A stretch of DNA of 64,000 nt from Chlorokybus atmophyticus (lineage: Eukaryota; Plantae; Mesostigma and Chlorokybus algae): positions 308,625 to 372,624 of the forward strand of contig RHPI01002090.1 of assembly GCA_009103225.1 (NCBI GenBank), in the 5' to 3' direction. Both the position numbers and the translations under genes were made by a program. This document shows positions 11,603 to 23,794 of the stretch, in pieces. How positions within the stretch are numbered: position 1 is the first letter of the stretch; the number at the start of each line of letters is the position of its first letter. A model generated the notes under the pieces. It had not been told where the DNA came from, did no database searches, and saw only the letters and a list, made by a program, of their open reading frames with translations.

Positions 11603-13663
11603 GCAGCAGCGGCCACAATCGTCGCAGTCGCCACAACAGCAGCAGCAACAGCAGCAGGCGTTCTCGGCTAGCCGACACTCGCCCGATCCTCCCTCGCCCA
11701 AGGTAGGAGCAACACGCGAGTTGAGATGAGAGGGAAGAGCCTAAGTGTTCTTCTGTATGTGTGTGTGTATACGTGTGTGCACGCTCGCACTCGCACATGC
11801 ACAAACACCAGACACACAGTATCTGGAGTGTGTATGTGTTCAAAGGTTGCACTTGTTCTCGTTGCAGTACCGAAGGTTGGATTCAGAAAGGTCAATGCCC
11901 CATCGCTCGCTTTCAAACTCTCCGTCTCCGACACCGCGCGGGTTTGGACACACCAGCAGCTTTAAGCACGCTGACGTAGCTCTCGACACCCCAACCAGCG
12001 CAGCCCCCAACACCACCACCAGCAACGCCCCCACAATCACTACAACGACCAGCGGCAACACAACCCACCACGGCAACAATGTCACTAAGCACCACATCCC
12101 CCCCCTCAATCTCCTCTCCGGCAACGGTACGCCAACACCTAACCAATACCTCCAGACACCCCCCCAACACCCCCCCAACACCCACCTAACACCCCGCCAA
12201 CATCAACAACCACAACCACAACAACTACTCATCAGGTCCGTCGCCAAGGGCACGTCTTGCGGCGAAGCGTGCGTCTTTGGGCCGTGTGCGTGGCGGTCTT
12301 CCCGCCACGCGCGAGGTGGGCGTCGGGACAGCTACCTCCACCGCGCCCTCCCCTGAGTACGGCGTGGACGGCACCAATGGCAACACGCCCGACCTTGTCA
12401 CGCGCGCGGGTGATAGCGAGGCGAGTGACGATGATGTGTGTGTGTGTGGAGGGATGGATGTGATGTTTGTTTGTGTTGCAGGATTTGTTTCAGGAGAGGT
12501 TGTTTGCGCCGATGCGGCTTGAAGTGGACTTGCGAGGGGAGGAGGGGATGACGTTGGGCGGCGAGGGAGGCACCTTCGCACAGGTGTGTACACATGTGGG
12601 CTGCTACTACTTGTGTTTGTGTACATAAATCTGCAAAACTATTCTAGACAAGCAGTGAATGCCTTGCCACACATTTGTATATTCACAAATACTGACTACT
12701 GATTGGTGAGTAGGCACGCGCGCGTGAGACCCGCATGGAGCTGATGAAGGCCCTCCGCGCAGCTGTGCTGCGGTCGTCAACTTCACGTACACCTCTTCTC
12801 ATCATCACACCTCACCTGCTTACCTCTCAACATGGTTCTCTCATGGTTGTTATGTGGGTACGTGTGTTGTGCAGTCAGCGAGAGCGTGCCGGGACTATTG
12901 CCAGCGCTGTTGTCCGCGCGCCACGGTGGCGCGGGTACGGACGGGGACGGAGTTATTGGCGTGAGTGTGCCCGACCACGCGGGCGCTAAAGACGTGTACA
13001 CGCGGCATGAGGTGCTGGACATGCAGCTGGCGCACTCGCGGCGACTCCACCTCATGCACACGCTCTTTGAGTAAGTAAGCCGGCTGTTCATTGAGCTCAC
13101 TCTGACCTGATGAGATAAGTGGTATCTTGGAAGTAGTGTATGTGGTACCCATCCCCCTTTTTGCTTGTGTGCAGAGAGAGGTTGAGGGTACTACAGGAGT
13201 TTTACAGGCAGAAGCTGTTGTACGCACAGAGGATGGCGCGAGACAAGGTGAGAGTGTGTGTGCTGGTATGTGTTTGTGTGTTTGCGTTGTGTACTTGACT
13301 GGATGGCGCATGCTTGCAGTTGAACATTGCAACCAGCTTGAACGCGAACGCCAGCAACGGCGGGCAGCACTCAGCGGCCCCAACGCCGCGCGGATCTGCC
13401 ATGTTTACACGCCGCTCGCCCTCACCATCTCCCCGAAACTTCAACAATAACAACAGCAACGACTCAACCCCACAATCGTAAGCCACACACGCACACGCCC
13501 ACCCACCCACTCACGAACGAGACAATGTGTGCATTCCCACCTTTCCGCACTCATCTCACCCCTTTTTACGGACAGGACTCCAAGGAACCAGCGGCTGGCG
13601 CTTCTGGGGAGCGGAAGCTCCGTGCCGGGGACACCGCGCGTGCTTCGGCAGCATTTCAAGTAG
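9810..13663 (+). CDS. Uncharacterised coiled-coil/low-complexity protein with Ser-rich and polyQ tracts; multi-exon
   Basis: Spliceable exons: MGWRGASKRD...EEEEEEAVQEQRRDY|AIQESPLNG...RDR|VSSSVS...VQE|LEEELQRVSEDL...|VKIAVRWLWLGTLLQ|LKASQYKSVRLEREVKHL...polyQ|YRRLDSERS...|...ERLRVLQEFYRQKLL...|...VLRQHFK*. No family recognised; internal exon phases around 12400-12760 are uncertain. Confidence 0.55.
10855..10905. repeat. Intronic (GT)n microsatellite
   Basis: Seen directly. Confidence 0.9.
11514..11609 (+). repeat. (CAA)n coding repeat, ~31 Gln with one His
   Basis: Near-pure CAA run in frame with LEREVKHLGKLL. Confidence 0.9.
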
Positions 13664-14352
13664 ATAGCGCTGCGATCTAATCGCTGAGAAAGTTGTTATG
13701 AGTTGTGCGGGGGGAGTTGTGGACTTGAGGTCAGGGGATGATGGTCAAGTCCTAATGGCAGTGAGTGAGTTGAAGAGCAGTGTTTGGGCTGCTCGTCCTT
13801 GCAGATTTCCACGCGCACGAGCAACACTTCAAGACCAGCAGACCGCTCGCACGCACATGTACATAACTGAAGTTGTTCTGCTATGGGATTGGGTCAAAAG
13901 TAGTCGCCTGCTGCCTCTTGCAAGGGTCATGCGATGAGTTTGGGTGTGGGCAATGTGGGGGCAACCCTCCACATGGCGTCGCTTCCGAGTGCTTTGTGAT
14001 CGCACCCACACCCACACCCACACCCACGCAAGCACGCATGCGGTTTCCCTAGTAGTAGCATTGCCGGCACTCGGTGCCACAGTAGCAACTTTTGCTGCCA
14101 CTCATCTACCTCATTACTTTTGAGAAGAAAGGACTTGTGCGCCTGCCAGCCAGGAATAGCCTGGAGCAGCACACATCTTACGCACACCACCACCATTACC
14201 ATCATCATCTACATCACTCCAGCTCTCACCTCCACCTTGCTCCGCTACAAGAGGTGTCCATTCCATGCATAATGTCTTCCTATACCCTATGCCTTGAGCG
14301 TGTAGCTTAGCTTTGAGCCTAAACAAGGACCGGCAGTTGCATGTGCTTGTGC

Positions 14353-16570
14353 ATGGCGGCGGTGGCGTTGACGGCGGCGGCATTGTCGTGCAGCTACCGC
14401 AGCTGCCACGTGGCTGCGGGGGAGCGGCTCCGGCCTGCACAACCGCCTTCTTCAACGTGCTGGCGCCGTCGGCGGCGGCGATGGCTATGGCCATCGCTGC
14501 AGAACGGTCTCACAGCGGCTGCTGCACCAGCGTTCAGGCCAGTCCAGGCCAGGCGGGAGGGAGACCGGGCGGGTCCCTCACCATCTGCTGCAGCTGCTGC
14601 TGCGAAAGAGGAGGAGGAGGAGGGGCAAGGACGACAACCACAAGGAGGAGCAGCAGGTCGACCTCGCCGCCGACCTCGCCAACCTCGTCCGCCAGCGGCG
14701 GAGAGGGTGCTGGGAGCGTTGCTTAGAGGCACGTCTACCCCCGTGGGACAGTACCTCGCTGAACCCTCGAGCTTCCTTCACCGCATGGACCCCAGGCTCA
14801 AACAGGTGATTGTAGAGCTATGCATGTGGCAGAGTTGATTGGTAATTGCGCATGCAGTGCAACACGCGTGGGGAGTTGCGTTGCAGTCATCATGTAATGT
14901 GCAGTCAGTAGTAGTCAGTGCTAGTTTGTGCACAAGTTAGCAGGTTCACTGTGCTGGGTTTTTCGTGGAAGCAGGGGACGCGCCTCGTATGCCGAGCAGT
15001 TTCATCAATACTTGCTGTTGCAGCCAAGACGCACTCCCTACCATGCAACCAGTTCGATACGGCATGTGCATGCGCACATGTCGCCATTGTTTTTACAGCG
15101 TACCAATGAAACGCTCTCCAGTCACTTGGCTTTGTTGATTGACAATAGCACCATGTTTCACTTCTATGGCAACGGTTGGCGATTGCTTGATCTTGTGCAT
15201 CACACAGGCATGGTTGGTCGCACTGGTTGTTCTCCCCTCCAGAGCAGATCTGCCGATCCGCATCGGCGTCGCAGTAGCCGTAGCATCTCTCACAGGTTGG
15301 CGCAAATTAAACTTGTGTTTCCCATGCGTTCACCAGTTATTTGACAAGGTGGTCTGTATGCCTGCTTACAGTCTCACGTTGCCCGTGAGCAGTGTGGGCA
15401 CTGCCGCCACGTGTGTGGCGGTCGCAACTTGGACCACTCGTGCTGATCATCGCACTCCTATTCTTTGGCACCGCCTTCGGCTCAGACGGTGTCCCTCCCG
15501 TTTGGCAGGTACAGTGCCTCTTTTCTCCTGGTATCATGATAGTTGCACTTTCTGGCATACTCACTCCGGTGCGGATCACAACAGCCGCGCACGCCACCCG
15601 CAGCGCTGGAAGGCTTGCCAGAGCTGCCTAAGACAGGTGCTAGCTCGCACATTCTTGCGGAATAATTAAACAACAAGTATGTACACACCCTTGCTTGCAT
15701 GCACAGACGCTCAAGGTGGCTTGCAGGATATCAATACGTCCTGTTCACTTTTGGACCCCTGCTGGTCACGCGCAGGGGCCTCTCTTTTGCAGCGTCAACC
15801 AGCGCCCTTTCATTCACAGTATGGTTGCTGCGTACACTGGTCATGCCAAGGTGTCCAATCAATAGTTTGACTCAATGTTCCATTGCACGCAGGTCTTGCA
15901 GAGCGCCACATTGTGTCTGGCAACGACCACATCCGAGTCGCTGGCGGCTTCCCTGCGGTGGTTCATGCGGCCCCTGCAGCTCGTGGGCGTGCCGGTGGAC
16001 GAGCTGTCGCTTGTGCTGCTGCTGGGACTCCGCTTTACTGCACTTGTGTTTGAACAGGTGCATGCTACTTTACTCAGCCACATGCTGAACACGTATGTTG
16101 GCCTTTATATATGTTGGCCTTTATGGACACGGCGGTGGCAGGTCAGGAGCATAGTGCTTGGTGCTGTATCACGAGGCGTAGACTGGAAAGCCCTCTCACC
16201 ACTTGAGACCGCCGATGGTAGATACTCTCTCACCGTATGATATGGCAGCTGGCATGCATTGGTCTTAACCATTTCAACTCTGCTCTCTATGCAGTGCTGG
16301 TGTCCCTGGGCGCGCGGCTGTTTTCCAACCTCTTTGCAGATGCAGAAAACATTGCTCAGGTAAGCCTTGTCACGCAATATATGTCAGCTCTGGTACGCAA
16401 CTTGTTGTCACATGCAGGCAATGGTTGCGCGAGGGTTCAAGGGCGCGAAACAGCACAATGTGCACCTGCTTGTGCGCTTCAAGTTGTCATTCATTGACTA
16501 CTTGAGCCTGATGCTGCTGGTTGCATTTACGCTCGCAACAGTTGGCGTGCCGCAGCTACCGCACTTGTAA
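14353..16570 (+). CDS. ABCI12: Plastid ECF-transporter T component (EcfT/CbiQ family, ABCI12-like); multi-exon
   Basis: Transit-peptide-like N-terminus; GQYLAEPSSFLHRMDPRLKQ; ATTTSESLAASLRWFMRPL...DELSLVLLLGLRFTALVFE; AMVARGF motif. Confidence 0.88.
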
Positions 16571-16701
16571 AAGGAAACAAGCTCGCAAAGGAGTGATACC
16601 AATCTAGCAGGCCCCTTGCAAACGCATGCATAATGCAAAGGCCACGCATGCACCAAAGGAAGTGTTTCAATCTTTTCTGTTTCAACATCTGTTGAACTGA
16701 G

Positions 16702-18256
16702 TTATGATTTGGCCTTCTTCTTGCGCGGTTTACTCGCGCCGCCTGCTGCTGTCCGCCTTTTTGCCCTGTAACAGTCAACATGCAGTCTTGAGTGACCTGC
16801 AGCCAATACATACACACTGACACAGATTGATCATACAAGGATGACGCGTACGCCGTAGGTCGATGCAAGCGTCCCTCATTAGCCATTCCATCGGCGTCCT
16901 CATCATCTGCCAAGCAAGCATTCAACAGAGGTTTAAGTCAGCACATCTTCAGTGCCTAGGCAAACCAGGCTGGCGGGCACTCGATGACACGTGTTGCACA
17001 CTTGGACACAAAAGAACTCAGACGATGTTGTGTGTTATACACCCGCCGTGCATGCGCGCTTTTATTGCGCATTTACTGTACACCCTTATTGCACGCAACA
17101 CCCACCTGAAGATGGTTCCTCCTCTGCAACTCCCTCCATGGCTACTTCTTCACCGTCAGGTGGCTGCCAGTCTGGGCCGCCGCTGCTCGTGGTGGTTTGC
17201 GGCTGCGTCTCACTGTGCGAAGCCGCTGCAAACAACCACAACACGTCACGGAGTGCACGGAGTGAGGTAGATGAAGAGCAACTAGTTTAGTGCACTTGCT
17301 GCTGTGCCTTTTGGTAAAGCTGAAGGCATGACCAAGAGGTAGAAGATGACAACCAAACACAACATACCGAGTGCCCGCTGGTACTTTTTGCCTGCCAGGT
17401 GCTTTGCGACGGCCTCCGGCTTTGCGTTGACAAGCTTGCCAGTGACTTTACAAACCAACATGCCACTGCCAGCGCAACAGGGAACGACACATCAAACCCC
17501 CATTCCCAACCTTAAGGGGTTTATACGGCAGCAACCCCATCTGCTGTGTTGGAAGGCGTGCCCGTGCTATTGACAAACAAGGCGTCACCGATACAATACA
17601 CAAAACAAGTTCGAGAGTGACTTGAAGACACAGTGCAGTATGAACAGTGTTTTCAAAAGTCTACCACTAGTAGTGTACTGTACTGTACTGTCTGTGAGAA
17701 TATGGTGTGTTGCATGGCGGGTTTGGAGCGGAGGGGCCTGGTCTCTGCTATAGTGTACGAACTCCGCATGTTGCCAGAACATGCATTGACCAAAAAGACA
17801 TGTGAACAGCAGCAGCAGCAGCAAGCCACACAATCCGAAACAGTGTCTGCACTCACGGTTTGTCCGACGACACGTCGAAGTTGTCTCCGTACTGGTTGAC
17901 CGCCTCCGCCCTCTCCCTGGCTTTGGCGAAGTGCCTCGACTGCAGGTGCGCCTTCACTGCGCCGGCGTCAGGCGGCATCTCGTGCCCCGTAAGACGGCAT
18001 CTCACCTTGCCATTGCTCGTCTGCAGAAGGTAAGTACGTCATGTCAATTTGCTTGCTTGCTGCTTGCTGCTTGCACGCAAGCACGCAGGCAGTCCAGGCC
18101 AATCCAGTCCAGGCAGGGCTGTTCCCTTGCCAGGCCAAAACTAGCCTGAGACTCCGCCGTGGCCAAGCGCATGCATGTCAGCGTGAATAATAAAGCAAGT
18201 GAACACACCTGCTCCAAGTAAGATACGTGCGTGGCCAGCAGCTGCGGCAGCTCCAT
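16702..18256 (-). CDS. SURF2: Surfeit locus protein 2 family; multi-exon
   Basis: NGKVRCRLTGHEMP...HLQSRHF and LVCKVTGKLVNAKPEAVAKHLAGKKYQRAL; acidic stretch followed by a basic C-terminus (KPRKKKAKS*). Confidence 0.8.
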
Positions 18257-18420
18257 GCTTCCGGGCATCACCGCCGCCGCTACCGCCACCTCCACCGCCG
18301 TCGCCGCCACTACTTCCTTTCCAATAGATATCTTCACCATTCATTTGCAAAGAAATAGATATCTGTCACCTCGATGCCTCCATATCGAGCCCTCTCTCAA
18401 CCCCAACAACCAGCATAAGC

Positions 18421-18429
18421 AAACCCTAA
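18421..18429 (+). promoter_or_regulatory. Telo-box-like AAACCCTAA in the SURF2/RPN7 divergent promoter
   Basis: Exact motif seen; function inferred from plant telo-boxes. Confidence 0.45.
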
Positions 18430-18839
18430 GCTGACGTTGCCTGTGCTCTCCAGGCGGTGGCGGCTTTGGTGGTCGACGGGTGGTTGCGGTGGTCGGCGTT
18501 GCTTCTGGCTGGTACTGCTGCTAATTCGTTTAACTTGTTCCTGAGAGTACAAGGGTAGCTACCCTATCAGGAGCTGGTTTGACACACTGCAGCAGTGCAC
18601 TGAGGTTCGTTGGTCCGTTTTGTGTGTTAACCCCCTGCATGGCTCTTGTCTTTCTGAGGTGTTAGTGAACATTAAGCAGTCATTAAGTTTTGCAGCCGCA
18701 TTTCCTGTCTTTTGAGCAGCGTTTGATAGTATGATTGTCGTGGCCATGAACGTTGAAGCGGGTTGGTCGATTATGCGTTCAGATACTTCTTCTGTAGCTT
18801 GATTTTGCTCTCTAAATCGTGCTTTTTAGAATCACCACC

Positions 18840-20969
18840 ATGGCGGAGGACGCGCCCATGGAGACGGTGGATGCAGAGGTTGCGATTCCTGTTGATCCCA
18901 TGCTTGAGTTGGCGCACCTGCGGTTCGCCCTGAAGAGACCAGACTTGCCAGTTAAGGAGAAGAACAGGTTGCAGGAAGAGTTGAAGACAGCAGTCATCAA
19001 TGGAGGTGAGTAGATCATGCAGACGCTGTGTTTTCGTCAGGGACTCTAAGGTTGGTTTAATTGAACAGCGGCTGCATGGATGTGACCACAGGTTGTGCGT
19101 AGCATCCATATTGTTGACCTTGTGTTTGCTGCCAGCCAAGACGCCCCTGTATAAGCTGTTTGTTGAGGAGTTTGGGTGGGAACTGCACGCAAAGCAGCTG
19201 GAAGAGCTTGAACAGAAGAATGCCACAGATCTGCAGGCCATTGAGGACAAGTAAGCAGCAGCTTAATGTTGAGGATGATGTTATGCTTTTCTATCAGTCA
19301 TTGTTTTGTCAACGCTTAGGCGTATGATATTGCATGAATGCGCATGTGACTGCTATACCCTATGTGAAGGCGTGTTTATGAACACTGAAGGTTACCTCAA
19401 TGCTTGACAGAATCAAAGATGCAGAAGAAAACCTTGGGGACACCGAAGTGCGCGAGGCACTACTTGCAAAAGCCGAGTATTTTGTAAACATTGGTGATAA
19501 GGTATGCACGACGTAGCAGGACGCACAGCTCAGGTTTAGCGTTGCAGTTGTGTGCATCATGCAGGTTGCCTAAGTCTATTTGTGATTGCGTCCTCAGGAC
19601 AAAGCGCTTGCAGCTTTGCAAGTAACAGAGGACAAGACCGTCGCTGTCGGCCAGAAGATGGACCTGGTATTCACAGTGTTGCGCGTTGGGTTGTTCTGGA
19701 TGGACTTTCCGTTGATACGACGCAATATAGAAAAGGCGAAGAGGTAATCCTTGAGCTCGAAGGCATGCTAGTCACGCTCATTGCTGATGCAGCGTGCATT
19801 CACTGTTGTAGGTGTTTTGTATAGCACACCATTGAATCTGAGTTACGACACGTTGGTGATTGAGTTCAAGTAGTGCACAACAGGACTGCGGTAAGTTGCA
19901 ACTGACACTGCCTGCCTTGTGCGCGTAGCCTATTTGAAGAGGGTGGAGACTGGGAGCGCAAGAACAGGCTTAAGGTGTACGAGGGGTTGTATGCAATGGC
20001 CATCCGAGATTTCAAGAAAGCAGCAGGGCTCTACCTCGATTCTGTCAGCACGTTCACATCATATGAGCTCTTCCCGTACAACACGTTCGCTTTCTACACA
20101 GTGATCACGTCCATCATTTCTCTAGACCGAGTATCACTCAAGAAGAAGGTAAGTTTCTGTGTGAAAGCTCTATGTGTGTAGCAGTGCGTGAAGAAGTTGC
20201 TCCCTGCAGGTTATTGACGCTCCAGAGATCCTGGCTGTGATCTCAAGCATTCCCCATCTCGGGGACTTCATGAACTCCTTGTACTTCTGCAAGTACCATC
20301 AGTTCTACCGCTCACTCAGTAAGTGCATAGCTAGCAGGCACCATGCCGTCGTTGAATACAAGCCAGGCACCAATGCAGTTGTAAGGGAGGGCGGCGGACC
20401 TGACCTGTTGTGCTGCAGTTGAGATAACCGAGGCCATCAAAGCAGACCGTTACCTGCGGCCGCACGTGCGTTACTTCATGCGAGAGGTGCGCGTTGTGGC
20501 GTACTCGCAGTTCCTTCAGTCGTACAAGAGCGTCACCCTAGCATCCATGGCAGCTGCATTCGGAGTTACCGTTGACTTCCTGGACAAGTAAGCGTGTGTT
20601 CCGGCTAGCGCAGTGTATTCATTTGCATAACCTCATTGGCTGATGTCTGAGCTGTGTAGTTATCATCACAATCATGCTTGAAGCCAGCATCTTTTGTGCT
20701 TCTGCCATGACGAGCACCGAGGCAGCCTTTGCACTGGTGAAAGTTTGAAGTTGGCAGGGGACTGAGGCCCTCATGCGTTGTTTGCACTTCGCAGTGAGCT
20801 GTCCACGTTCATCGCATCCGGCAGGCTCAATTGTAAGATTGACAAGGTTGGAGGAGTGTTGGAGACAAACCGCCCTGACGCCAAGAACGCCCTTTACCAG
20901 AATACAATCAAGCAAGGAGACCTGTTGTTGAACAGAGTGCAAAAACTGTCGCGAGTCATTCACTTGTAA
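18840..20969 (+). CDS. RPN7: 26S proteasome lid subunit RPN7/PSMD6; multi-exon
   Basis: [21 protein letters not shown]; [17 protein letters not shown]; FTSYELF; [15 protein letters not shown]; [46 protein letters not shown]. Confidence 0.97.
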
Positions 20970-22011
20970 ACAAGCCATGTAAAGCGGATGCTGCCAGTTG
21001 CTTTCCTGCATGGTGTCTCTGTGAAAGTGCACAGCATTTGCTATGATAGCTTAATTGGTGGACTGCGATAACAGCGGTCACACGCGCTGCGGCATGACGA
21101 TACACATCAGCAACAAACGTAGTATGCTATGTGGTAGTGGGGAGTGGTAGAGTTTGCTTGCGCGTGTTGTAGACAGCATGTGGATGCACATCAGATAAGC
21201 GTATCCACAATCTGCAGCTGAGTACAAGGGAGCAAGTAGCGAGCCTCTTGCACAAAGTCTCACAGTACGCATACCAATACTCTGTGATCAGAACGGGTGA
21301 ACTTCTTGTGACATGAGAAACCGCAGCACGGTTGACATTTTTTACGTCCAATCCAAGATGTGGATGGTTTCAATACATATTACATGCGAAGGATGCAGCC
21401 AAGCAAAACACAACCACAGTGTGCATGACGATGAAGAGAGAAAACGAGGCACAGTGCTAAATGAATGCGCCATTGATCAGCTCACAGGCTGCAGGCAGGT
21501 GCGTGCATTGCGACACTTGCCGCTGTCTTGGTTCTATACAAGTAGACCTGGTTTGCTTTCAAGCACATGCAGCTTGTTGACTTTGGAAGTGTCAACCAGT
21601 ATACTGTAGCAACCTGCCCTGGGGCAGTTGCAATGAGCGCTGGTCAGAACGCACCACTCGTGTGCCACAAAGTACCTGAAAACTGAACCACTCCTACATA
21701 CATAGGCATTCTAGTAGGGCAGATGCAAGTATGCGCGCACACACACACAGGCACAGTCTCAGAGCAAGAAGACAGCAACAACAAACACAACTACAAGCAA
21801 CGGGGGCAAGAAACTATGCTAGGTACTAAGTGCATGCAGCTATGTGCAATGGTGGCGGGCAAGTTACCAAGCTGAGGCGGGCTCAGCAACCGACCTGAGC
21901 ACACATGGGAGATACATGTATGGACAGTTCAGTCACTGTCCCACACGCTCACTAGCCACATGCGGTCACCCGCACTTGAAAACTGCTCTCGTTAGGCCGT
22001 ATGCATCCCAA

Positions 22012-22079
22012 TGATGACGATATGTTGCATCAGCACCACCATTGATCAATGGTGGTGCTGATGCAACATATCGTCATCA
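22012..22079. repeat. Perfect 68-bp palindrome (34-bp arms, no spacer)
   Basis: tgatgacgatatgttgcatcagcaccaccattga|tcaatggtggtgctgatgcaacatatcgtcatca, checked base by base. Confidence 0.97.
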
Positions 22080-22388
22080 AAGAAAGGTTGGGAGGGAGGG
22101 CCCGGGTCACTCACATTGTGTGCTGCCGCAATCTCTCATTAGCATGGCAACAATAACATAACACCAACACTGCCAGCAACACGGTGCTTGTTGCAATGGC
22201 ATGGCACATGTCACAGTACATCTCAGCACCTAGCATTACTGGCTGACGTGCTGTGAATGTCGTGCACTGCGCTCGTCAATCACTTTACAGCCGACACAAA
22301 CACAACACAGATTCTGGGCACCGACATCGGACGTTGGCTAATTGGCGGCAGTAGTAGCGGTGGCGGCATTGGCGGCCTGGTCTGAGAG

Positions 22389-23550
22389 ATGGGCGGGCTG
22401 CCCGTGTGGCTGGTGGTGGTAGGCCTGCTGCGACTGCTGGCCGTCGTCCTTGGCATCCTCAAGCCAGAGACCGTGCGGCAGCAGGTGTTCCCCAACACGC
22501 CCGGTATGTTTGTGCACGCGCATGCACACGCACATGGACGGTCGCCCTGCCTCGCCTGGCTTCGTGTGCGACATGTACTGCGGACTTGCTGCAGACGCGA
22601 CAGCAACTGCGCAGCACGCGTGCATCCGGCACGCATCTGCAACAGCAGCACTTTGCATGAGCCAGGGATAGCGCACGGTGCGGCATCGGAAACCTTGCAT
22701 TGTGTACACATAGTAAATGTATGTTGACAGTTCAGTTATAACAATCTGCTTGCGCAAATTTGACTCGTAGGCATTGAACAGCAACCGCCTGTTTATGCAC
22801 GCGAATATGGGTGCGCAGGCGCTCCTGTTCCGCCCCCTGTCTCTCACTCCCAAGCATGGTGTCGAGTCAGTTCAGTCGGTCTCTGTTTGACAACATGCCA
22901 GCGCCTACGCAACAAGCATGAAGTCCGTTGTAACCCTATTGTCCCTCATGCAACACAGCGCGCATGGCTTCTCAATTGTGAAGCAGCTCGTGCACTTGTT
23001 GGCATTGCTGCGCAGGTGCACGAGAGCATCAAGATCCTACTGTACTGACAACAACATATGATGCTGTATGTATATACGCCCTGCCCACTTTCCATGCGTA
23101 CACTTTATATCTTACAGCCCACATTGATAGCAGCAACCGCGTGTCACCATAACAACATCTGTTCCGCGCAGTGACGGGCACGCACGCCAGGACATTTTCT
23201 GCCTGGACGTTTACCACCTGCATGCTGTGCATGCTATGCGCCTCCGATATGCACTCCAGGACGATATACTTGGCGACATTGCTGTCGTTTGTGATCGCGC
23301 TCGTTCACCTGGGGTCCGAGTTTGCTGTCTTCAAGACAATGTCAGCAAGCACATTTGCTTCACCAGGCATTGTGGCAAGTGAGTACTGCGTGAATCACTC
23401 GTGTGCAACATGCATGGTGCAGCAAGCATCATTGTACCAGGTTGCGTTGCAGTTGCCTAAGCTGCAATTCTGCGTGCTTCTATGTCAACAGGTGTCTCTA
23501 TACTCTGGATGCTGAAGGAGCAGAATACATACTTGCAGTCCGCAAAGTAA
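22389..23550 (+). CDS. ERG28: Ergosterol biosynthetic protein 28 family; 3 exons
   Basis: MGGLPVWLVVVGLLRL...|VTGTHARTFSAWTFTTCMLC...IYLATLLSFVIALVHLGSEFAVFKTM...|SVSILWML...*. Confidence 0.9.
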
Positions 23551-23794
23551 GGTTGTCATAAAACTAGGTTACAATAGGCTAGCACTCAGCCACCATCGCA
23601 CCATTTTGGTGTTTCAGTTACCTTGGAATGCTATGACTTCATAGACACACAGGAGCGAGTCGCGCACTGTGTTTGTACATGCGTTGGGTGTCACACATCA
23701 GTGAACTCAGACAAGAACAGATGTCACACGAGTTGGGCTTATGTACACATGCCTGTGCGCTATTTTGTGCTCTAACGTTGTGTTAACCAACAGC

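Noticed and set aside
10363-11852. Long minus-strand ORFs (296 aa, poly-Leu 186 aa) and poly-Asn/poly-Thr frames
   Set aside because: By-products of microsatellites and GC-rich plus-strand exons.
21078-21609. Short ORFs downstream of RPN7
   Set aside because: No coherent exon chain or homology.
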